Assembly: GCF_963506605.1 (NCBI RefSeq) | Contig: NC_083283.1 | Span: 31,372,001 to 31,436,000 of the forward strand | DNA length: 64,000 bases | Direction of reading: 5' to 3' | Origin: Zootoca vivipara | Lineage: Eukaryota | Part shown: positions 1-10,100 of the stretch, in pieces | How the letters are laid out: every line of letters starts with the position of its first letter | How positions within the stretch are numbered: the stretch's first letter is position 1 | The notes under the pieces: generated by a model | What the model was told of the DNA's origin: nothing | Seen by the model: only the letters and a program-made list of their open reading frames with translations | Database searches by the model: none | Made by a program: the position numbers and the translations under genes

Positions 1-1922
1 CTGATACATGAAACTAACTGATGCTTCAACTGTAAGTACAATACATATTTTCTTTCTGTGGGTGCAGGTTAATAGCATGTCCAGAATGTGCACCTAAATC
101 TCGAATTCACCTGACAACTTCACCTCTTTTGCTGTCCCCGTATGAGCTAGCTATCCTAAGAGCCAGGTCTGTCGATTTGGATTAATTTAAATGTTTTTTA
201 AAATGGTTGATGTTTTGGTAACGTGAGTAATAAAAATGTGTTATTTTTGGACACTTTGTGAATATGTATGCTCCTTTATTGGTGAGAAATGTATGTTTTG
301 AACAATACACCCTGTGAATGCTTAAGGGAAATTAATTCTTAGAGTGGGCAATAATGGCTGAAGTTCCTTTGGCTGGTTTCCTGCCATACTATGAGTGTCT
401 TTTTCACTTACCATGGAAGATGTGCACCTATTTCTTCTTTTATTTATGTATCATGTGGCTAGAATAATAGAACTAAGCAAACATGATTGGATGTAGCATC
501 ACCCACAGTCCCCATGTTGGCTTGTTAAGTTGTATTTTGGGAGTCAAGTTTGCAAATGAATTTCCTTAAATTAGTCATGCATGCTTGAGAGTTAGTAAAA
601 TCGTGAGTGTAGCTTCATTTCAGTGAAACACACCACAGCCTAGTGGCTACAGAGCAAATTGCAACTTCACTGCCAGGAATATTGGCTATGCCCACATTGC
701 CAGCTTTGAAAACAGCTGGGTTGTTCCTCTTCTTGGTTCAGATCGAAGCTGGTTTTTGGGGGGAAATGCATCAAAATGCAGCATTTCAGAAGAAATGAGG
801 GGATAGATACGAGATGGAAACTGATGGTAGCTAACTGTGTCCAAAGCAGCGGTTGGAACGTTCTGAATACAGAGTGAAGAGGGGTGTGTACATTGCCATT
901 TTCTGATCACAGTCCAGAGAGCGAGCTGCATTATTCACGGTTACCCAGTCTCCTTTACAGTCACATAAACCCAGTGATGAGCCATGCAACAAACCCAGAT
1001 GCCAGCTCTGTGCTGATACCCACCCCACCAAAGTAGCAACACTGTTACAGCTTATACCGGTAGTACCTGCCCTGACATCAGGTCTCATTCTCCAATGGGT
1101 GTGTGCCTGCTTCCATATTAACCTCCGTATGCACTCATGTTCGTCTGTCAATGCTTTCCTCCAATTGTTTCTGCCTTTTGACCCATAGCAACTAGGGCTA
1201 TTTTCGCTCATGTCATCCTTTATGCAGAACTTTCTCCTCAGGGAGGCTCATGTGGCCCCATGCAGTTACCTTTTTCAGTGCTCAGAAAAGACTTTATCTC
1301 CATTATTATTATTATTTCTTATTGTCTTTTCTGTTTTATGCTTTTTCTGATTGCTGTTTTCCAAACATATTTTATATTTTGGACGTCACATTTTATTATT
1401 TCATTCGTAACTTTGTAAACCGCCCTGGGAATAAATCACCCGACTTCAGTATTCTGTTCTGGGCACACAGACCATAACCTTTATGCAAAATAAGAAATGG
1501 GCATCAAAATAGGACATTGAAATGTCCGCAATAAAAATGAACAGGAGTCTCCCAGGCACTCTGCTTCTGGTTTGCAACAAATTTCACCATTATTCTGAAA
1601 TAGAACATCAAATCGTGACTCCAGTCTGAAACTGATAAATTAGAATTTACAAATGCATTTGATTGTATTCACTTCTGGCTGTATTGGTGGAACAGCACCC
1701 CTGTTAAGGTACAAGAGGCACCCACTATCTGTACTTTCCAGAAACAATGGAAGGTGTTTTTATTTTGGCAATCTTTTCCAGCTGGATGGAAAAGTCTTTG
1801 CCTTAGTTTTAAAAACATATAAAATGAACATCTATGTTTAGTTGCTTTGGGTACTGTTTCTATGGTATATTTGTGTGGGGGTTGTTGTTTTTTTAAAGGT
1901 ATATATAGGAAAAGGTATTTCC

Positions 1923-2619
1923 TATATGGTCTGAAGCTCAACATCAAAAAAACCAAGATTGTGGCCACTGGTCCCATCACCTCTTGGCAAATAGAAGGGG
2001 AAGAAATGGAGGCAGTGAGAGATTTTACTTTCTTGGGCTCCTTGATCGCTGCAGATGGTGACAGCAGTCACGAAATTAAAAGACGCCTGCTTCTTGGGAG
2101 AAAAGCAATGACAAACCTAGACAGCACCTTAAAAAGCAGAGACATCACCTTGCCGACAAAGGTCCATATAGTTAAAGCTATGGTTTTCCCAGTAGTGATG
2201 TATGGAAGTGAGAGCTGGACCATAAAGAAGGCTGATCGCCGAAGAATTGATGCTTTTGAATTATGGTGCTGGAGGAGACTCTTGAGAGTCCCATGGACTG
2301 CAAGAAGACCAAACCTATGCATTCTTAAGGAAATCATCCCTGAGTGCTCACTGGAAGGACAGATCCTGAAGCTGAGGCTCCAATACTTTGGCCACCTCAC
2401 GAGAAGAGAAGAATCCTTGGAAAAGACCCTGATGTTGGGAAAGATTGAGGGCACTAGGAGAAGGGGACGACAGAGGACGAGATGGTTGGACAGTGTTCTC
2501 GAAGCTATGAACATGAGTTTGACCAAACTGTGGGAGGCAGTGGAAGACAGGAGTGCCTGGCGTGCTATGGTCCATGGGGTCACGAAGAGTCGGACACGAC
2601 TAAACGACTAAACAACAAC
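1923..2619 (+). mobile_element. BovB (RTE-clade) LINE, 5'-truncated, RT C-terminus with open frame
   Basis: GLKLNIKKTKI...HEIKRRLLLGRKAM...ELWCWRRLLRVPW...HGVTKSRTRLND; (CAA)n tail; probable TSD ATTTCC (1917-1922 / 2620-2625). Confidence 0.95.
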
Positions 2620-2780
2620 ATTTCCAAAGACTTCTATTCTCTTGTATAAATTTCAGCTTTGTGTTAAAATGTAACAGACTGTACCTCTGGTTTCCATGTT
2701 CTTTGGAACTCACTGCTCATATTTGTTTGCTCTATGCTTTGCGTGTGTTTATTAGTACATCTGTCAGCTGAGGATAATAC

Positions 2781-2865
2781 TTCAGGCATCTGATGAAGTG
2801 GGCTCTCGTCCACCAAAGCTTATGCCACAATAAATCTGTTCATTGACACAAGCCTCTTTGTTGTC
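2781..2865 (+). mobile_element. Older Penelope-like pLTR remnant with mutated hammerhead
   Basis: GGCAT-CTGATGA-AGTGGGCTCTCGTCCAC-CAAA-GCTT-ATGCC followed by AATAAA. Confidence 0.65.
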
Positions 2866-4031
2866 TCCTCAAAGGAACTCCGGCATTCCTTAAGAGTTCT
2901 TTCACTGGAAAACCACCTGGCTGTGACATATTAATGTGAAAAGAGGAATACCCACAGTTGCAGCAGACACTGTGATGCTACCGTAGATGATGCACAGGGA
3001 ACATCAATAATTCCTTGTTCATTGAGACAATGCCCTTTTGTTCTGTTTCTCCTGAAGTGTGACAAATGAAGCATTGAAAAGTGAAATTAAGCACCAGCCT
3101 TGGCTTTCTCATCCTCATGGAAAGCAGTAAACAGAACAGGGTGTTGCCATTCTATATGCTCCCTTACCGCAACGTGCTTTGTTGCTGCCGTTCATCAAAC
3201 ACAAATGTATTGTTCTCTGCAATTGACCCTTTGTTAAAGATTCCTCATTCAGCTTTGGGCATGAAATCTGAATTGCTCAGAATGGCCGGCATCTGAAATT
3301 CAGCAAGTGACATCATGTGGGATGTGTGAGAGGCATCATGAACCTAGGGAAGCCTGTGATATTTTCAACGGTTCCTAAGCTGCTTCCTTGGGGGGGGCGG
3401 TGCTTTAATTGTATAGTGTGTGTGCAGCCTGTCAGTAGAGTCTCAAAGCAGTTAAAATAGATGACCCAATCAAATTGCAGTATGACACACAGATCACCTG
3501 ACCATGTCGCATGGACATTGTACATGCACCTTGGCTTATGTTGCAGTTCTATGGGCAGTGAAAAGCAGAATGGGTGTGCTAAGCCCAAAGCTTACTCCTG
3601 TGGCCTCCTGCATTTATACCTGCATTTATACAAGCTGTTGGTGAATTAGCAGAGAGTGACGTGGGAAAATGGCAAGAAGGAAAAGGCAGTCACGGCAGTA
3701 CTTTTAATCACATACCAAAAATGTTCAGTAAATTATGAAAGCAACCAGTTGCTGCTCAAGGAGTACACAGATATATACAAGTTGTACAAGTGACAATAAA
3801 GTATTTCAATATGGTGTGTGTGTGTGCATATGTGTAAATGTCACACTCGCTGAACCAGCCTTTAGCAACAGCAGTGGTAGAAATGAGCATTTGCTTTCAT
3901 CTTCTATTTTTTCAGACAACAGTCCTGGAAAACCAGAACCTTTCAGCTGATGATTTCTGTGACTAGATTTTATTCCACTGCTTTCTGGAAAATAGCTCTT
4001 GTGCTGTGAAATGGTATAGATAAGAACTTGC

Positions 4032-4133
4032 TCAGTTTGAAAGTGGCTGTTTAATGATGATTGTGTAATTCAGGCAAGCTATCAGCTCCTTGTGATGACC
4101 AGCAAATCCTTTTACAACAATTGTGTATTCTCC
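4032..4133 (-). CDS. LY96: LY96 coding exon 5 (GEYTIVV...CLNYTIIIKQPLSN*)
   Basis: Acceptor ctttcttttAG; TGA at 4034-4032. Confidence 0.92.
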   Translation of the reverse strand, partial: GEYTIVVKGFAGHHKELIACLNYTIIIKQPLSN

Positions 4134-7100
4134 CTAAAAGAAAGAAAATGAGTTAATTTGTAATTGTGAAAGGTGCTTCTATTGTGCATTCTTAAGTCCC
4201 AGCAATTTCATTGGAGCTGAGGGCTAGTTTAGAACTATCTGATGAAGTCGCCTCAAGTTGATACTTCAGGGGATTCCGGAATAGTGAGTCAGTTGTCCAA
4301 TGCTTCAACAAGCATTTGTATTATTACTTACTGGTTTCTGTCTTTTTGAAAAAAATTCCCAGAATGTTAGGTAACACAGTATTTACACATCAGAGTATTC
4401 ATATAAGTGATTGTACACAATATAGTCCTTGGCAAGTTAAACCAAGCCCTGTGCGTATTCATCTGCACATGTGACACTTCCATACAAGCAAACTTCTCAT
4501 TCATGTCAATGGAAGGCAGCCTCCATCCTCAAAAGCAGGGGTCAGCAAACTTTTTCAACAGGGGGCTGGTCCCCTGTCCCTCAGACCTTGTGGAAGGCCG
4601 GACTATATTTTTTTAAAAAAATGAACGAATTCCTTTGCCCCACAAATAACCCAGAGATGCATTTTAAATAAAAGGGCACATTCTACTCATGTAAAAACAC
4701 CAGGCAGGCCCCACAAATAACCCAGAGATGCATTTTAAATAAAAGGACACATTCTACTCATGTAAAAACATGCTGATTCCCGGACCGTCCGCGAGCCAGA
4801 TTTAGACGGCAATTGGGCCACATCCGGCCCCCGGGCCTTAGTTTGGGGTCCCCTGCTGAAAAGGATGGGCTCACCAGCAGGCTAACAATTGTTCTTGTAA
4901 TCTGAAGCAGAAAACTACAGTATTCAAGAAGTTGGTGCATGCCATACTGCATGCTGTGATCTGTTCGCAAGTCATGGCAAGACACAGTCTAAAATAAACT
5001 ATGGTTTACTATGAATAAACCATAGTGCTGGTCATGCTGATTAATTGTACTCACTTCCCTCCTCCCATGGGAATAAACCATGGAGTTATGTGTGACCCAG
5101 AGCTTGTGATTTCTTAAACAAAACACAAGTTCTAAGCTAAGAACAAAGCTTGCTTTCCATTTGTGGTTTATTTGGAGAGGAACAAACCATGAACACTGCT
5201 AAATGTTGTCCACTCACAAAAATAATAGCAGATTTGAATTCCTCACACCCAAAAACATTTTTTTAAGACCCCTCATGGAAGAAATTTGCAAAAATTAAGT
5301 TTTGCCCCATAAAATGACATGCCCTATAAATAACACCTAGTTAGCCACTCCATTCAAGAGAGAGGCTCTCCTGCTGCCTTCATTACATATCTTCTCCCAG
5401 GCCTTTCTCTAATGAGTCAAATCTATGGCCTTTTGAACTTGGGGGGCAATATTATTTTGTTTGTTACTATGCTATTTAATCTTATATTTTTATATTGTAA
5501 ACCACCCTGTGATCCTCGGATAAAGGATGGTATGTATGAATTTATGAATGAATGAATGAATGAATGTATTATCAAGATTTTGATCCATAAAGTACCTCTT
5601 CATATGTTGGCTCTCTACCACTGATTCTCACAGTTGTGTTGATTGTCTCTGCAGAAAAACAATCATCAAGAACTTGAGCATGACAAAAACAACATTATCC
5701 CATTATTCAATTCATTTTTCATTTCACTTTTAATTTGCATACTGTCTTTCTATATACACAATGTGGTTTACAAGCTGAAAAAAATTACAATTATACAAAT
5801 TATACTGTATCTGCATCTTAAGAAGTTTACACATTTCTTCAGTGGGTAGGATTTCTAGAACAAATGTAGAGGTGTAGCATCTAATAGAGGAGCCTCGGAA
5901 GTGAGATTTATAGGATGTTGGAAAACTAACAGAAAGTACCACCTTGTTTCAGAACCTAAGTTTTAAGGCCTAAACTATAACACCTCTATAGTTTGGTTTA
6001 AGGAACTGAATAAAATATAAGCTGCATGTTTTCCATCTTGTTTAGAAACCTGTAACATCTACTGAATTTAATATATCAATTTACTGTTTCTTGAAAGAAT
6101 CCTGTCTCCTTACACATCTTCAGTTTTACCCTTTTTTGTTGTGAAAATAAAATCTTTTTCCTGTTTAACTTCCCTAAGTCTCCCAAGCCCCAGAGTTTCC
6201 TTTCAAAAAGCAAAAATAGCCAGTAGTGAGACGGGCTACGCCTCATCTTTCCAGAGGCCAGTTGCTATGGTATTAATGGCATCCCATGTGAACTGAAAAT
6301 GTGCCCTAGCACACCACTGTGGGTGCCTGTTTGCTCACATAGAACTGCCCGTGTACATAGCAATTAGTGCAATACTGATTTAGCCCTATGCAGGGGCATC
6401 ACAATAGGGGGGCAGGGGGCGGGGCACCCCGGGCTCCACTCTGCGGGGGCAGCGTGGCACCCCCTTGCCACCTCCACCGATGGCTGCCGTTACCGTGGTG
6501 GCAGTGCGACCGCCACCGCGGAGGCCCCGATGTTGCTGGCCTCGCCCCTCGCTTCATCCTGGTGGGGCGGAGGCAAGGGACGGGCCAGAGAGCAGCGTCA
6601 GCGGCGGCCACTGACGCCCCTCACCGCTCCACCTCCGCCTGAGTAGAAGAAGCACAAAGCATGCTATGGAGCGGGTTGCCAGCGGCGGTGCTCCAGTGCC
6701 CGGATCCGAGGATCCCGATGCTAGAGCGGTGGCGCCAGCAACCCGCTCCGTAGCTCGCTTTGTGCTTCTTCCTGGAGCGGCGAGGGGCGTCAGCGAGCTA
6801 TGAAGCGGGTTGCCAGCGGCACTGCTCTAGCACCGGGATCCTCGGATCCGGGCACTGGAGCACCGCCCCCCCCCCCGGCAACCTGCTCTGTAGTGCGTTG
6901 CATGTGTCGTGACGCGCAACGAATGCCCCGTCCCCCAGCAGGGTGCCTTCGGGTTTGCTGCCCCGGGCAGCCAGAAGGCTAGCGACACCGCTGGCCCTAT
7001 GGAAGTCATTGATGGAAGAGTAAGGCTGGGGTGAGAATCAGTTGAAGGTGGCTACCTGTATGAGGGAGAGGCTGCTTTACACTGAATCAAAACATTGACC

Positions 7101-10100
7101 CGTCTGGCTCAGTATTGCTTACACTCACTGACTGTAGCTCTCCAGGGTTTCAGACAGGAGAATCTCCCAGCCACAAGTGGAGCTGCCAGGAATTGAACAT
7201 GGGCCCTTCTGTGTGCAAAGCAGATGCTCTAAGGCTGAACTATGTCCCTTTGCCCACTTTACCACTGACTATATCATTAGTGGACGTGGGTAGCGCTGTG
7301 GTCTAAACCACAGAGCCTAGGGTTTGCCAATCAGAAGGTCGGCGGTTCAAATACCCACGACCAGGTGATCTCCCGTTGTTCAGTCCCAGCTCCTGCCCAC
7401 CTAGCAGTTCGAAAGCATGTCAAAGTGCAAGTAGATAAATAGGTACCACTCCGGCGGGAAGGTAATCAGTGTTTCCATGCGCTGCTCTGGTTCACATGAC
7501 CCGGAAGCTGTCTGTGGACAAAAGCCAGCTCCCTCAGCCAGTAAAGCGAGATGAGCGCCACAACCCCAGAGTCGTCCGCGACTGGACTTAACGGTCAGGT
7601 GTACCTTTACCTTTACCTATATCATTAGTTTAGCCTGGTGGCAAATCCTTAAAAGTCACAACTGTTGTTCTGCTATGATCCTGCTAGATTTAGAAAAGTG
7701 TGATGGAGGGGGGAAAGTGATGGCCCCATGTAAGACCTACTCTTGTAAGATTTTGCATGTGTTCTGCATGTGTCCCAGTTTTTGGACACACAACTGTCCA
7801 AATACCTTTAGCAAATAAATAAACAGGAGACTTAGAAAAACATGTGCAGGATTTCAAGCTAAGAGCAAATGCAGATCCTTTATGTCAGCTAAAGGCACCA
7901 TAATGTACTCTTACCTCCCTTCAGAGCTCCACAAAATGTATAGCCATCATCCACACCTTCGCAAAGGACACCTTTCCATTTTACGGCTTCAAACCCTTTA
8001 GCCCATATGTTTACATGTGCTCTCAAAATGGTTAAATCGGCCCCTATAAAAATTAACACAATAAAGCATATTATATGGCAACAATTTCAGTTACAACCTA
8101 AGGCCCGTGGGCCGGATGCAGCCCAATCGCCTTCTCATTCCGGCCTACAGACGGTCCAAGAATCAGCGTGTTTTTACATGAGTAGAATGTGTCCTTTTAT
8201 TTAAAATGCATCTCTGGGTTAGTTGTGGGGCATAGGAATTCATATATTTTTTTCAAAATATAGTCCAGCCCACCACATGGTCTGAGGAATGGTGGACTGG
8301 CCCTTGGCTTAAAAAGGGCTTAAAAAGTTTGCTGACCCCTGGAAAAAAGCTTCATTCTCCCATTGTGTATTTGTTTCCCATATTCCCTTTTCAGTAGCAA
8401 ACACAGGATTGAAAATTCACTAAGGATACCTGGCTCTCAGAAGCATTAGCAAATATAAAATGTCCAATAAAAAAATTCCTTCAGTAGCACCTTAAAGACC
8501 AACTAAGTTTTTATTTTGGTATGAGCTTTCGTGTGCATGCACACTTCTTCAGATATCTGAAGAAGTGTGCATGCACACGAAAGCTCATACCAAAATAAAA
8601 ACTTAGTTGGTCTTTAAGGTGCTACTGAAGGAATTTTTTTATTTTACTTCGATCCAGACCAACACGGCTACCTACCTGTAACCATAAAATGTCCAGCAAA
8701 CAACAAAAGGTTGCTTTGCTTGCAGTGTTACAGAGAACTTCTAAATGAACAAACAAAATAAGAATACATTTAAATGCAGGGTAAATTATGTGAAATGTAT
8801 GGACAAACCTATGGAAGTGGGGTTGGCTCATGCCTTCGCCCTTCCCACCTCCACGTGATGATAAGATCTTTTCTAAAAGCCTAAGGACAAAATGGCTTCA
8901 TTTGTGAGTTGATTTTCAACATCTGCTTTCTGTCCTTGAGCAGCTGTGATAAACTTCTTTTTCTGTCCAAGTTTTAACAGCATCCCTTCTGGAGTTCTAT
9001 GGAATGAGTTGTATCACTAGTGCAAGGCAGGGCACGTGATTTTCACTAATACACCCCACCTTACTGTAGCACGCCTTCCCAAAAAGTGTTTCTGGAGATC
9101 AGGAGACACACCCTTCCAGAGCAGTATGGGATATGGCAATGAGATCCCCACCCCACCTCTGTGGAAAAACCTCCCATAAGCACAAAGCCACCAGTTAATA
9201 CAGCCCAGCAATGGATAAAACTTTCAGGTTGAAGTGCATCTCGTAGTAATGTAAAGCAATGAGCTTGGTGTTACTTGAAATAGGAATGCCGGTATATCTT
9301 ACTTGGAATCCAGAAGAGACTTCCCCACCATACTGATTGACCCTTTAGTGAACACGGCTCTACTTTAAAGGAGAAGTCTTTTGTTTGAAGGCCTCTACCT
9401 GCGTAACAAATAAAGTTTAATAATGTTGCAAACCTCATTACAAAATGGCACAAAGCTTTGAACTTCCTTATTAGAGCCTCTGCTGAAATGCAAAGTGCAA
9501 CACACTTTGCCTTTGAAGTTAATATTGTTGCACGTCACCCTAATCTCTGAGAGGTGTGAGATTCATATTTCCTTTGGAATGAAGGACAGCAGAGTCTGTG
9601 GTGTTTTTATGATATATAGATATATATATTTGAAACATATACAACTAAGACTATGATGGAGGGGTTCACAGTATTAACACTCCAAAACAGTCAAATCAAA
9701 TCACATAAAGTTTTTCAAAATCATGTGTTAAGAGGAATCCTGTACAGTGGTTTCCCTGAGGGAAGTGTTTTTGTTTCTTTTGTTTTGGAAAATGTCTGCT
9801 GTATATTTGCGGGACCGCACAGAGCACCTTGGTCAAGTGTGACCCATCAGCTGTTTGGGCTGGCCTCCCTCCCTGTGCTAGTCATTGGAGGTTCCCGCCA
9901 AACCTCAGCCAATCAGCACCACAGGGAGGTGGGGCCAGTTGCTTAAATAGGAGGCGGAGCCAGCAGCAACCGCAGAATCCTTTAGTCTATCTTCCCTTAA
10001 TTGGGGGGAGCGTGAAGTGGTGACTCACAACCCCCCCTCCCGGGGCAGCGATTCCAGGGTCCCCTCTTAAATGGGTTTCTATATGGGAGTCACTGGCCAT

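Noticed and set aside
831-1211. 126-aa minus ORF; on the + strand PCNKPRCQLC (982-1011) resembles the Penelope zinc-knuckle
   Set aside because: Only a 10-residue match with no downstream GIY-YIG motif; cannot be assigned.
2068-2583. 171-aa minus-strand ORF
   Set aside because: Antisense shadow of the BovB RT frame.
3162-3345. Exon-like segment on the minus strand with strong donor GTAAGG
   Set aside because: Stops in all frames and no linked exons identified.
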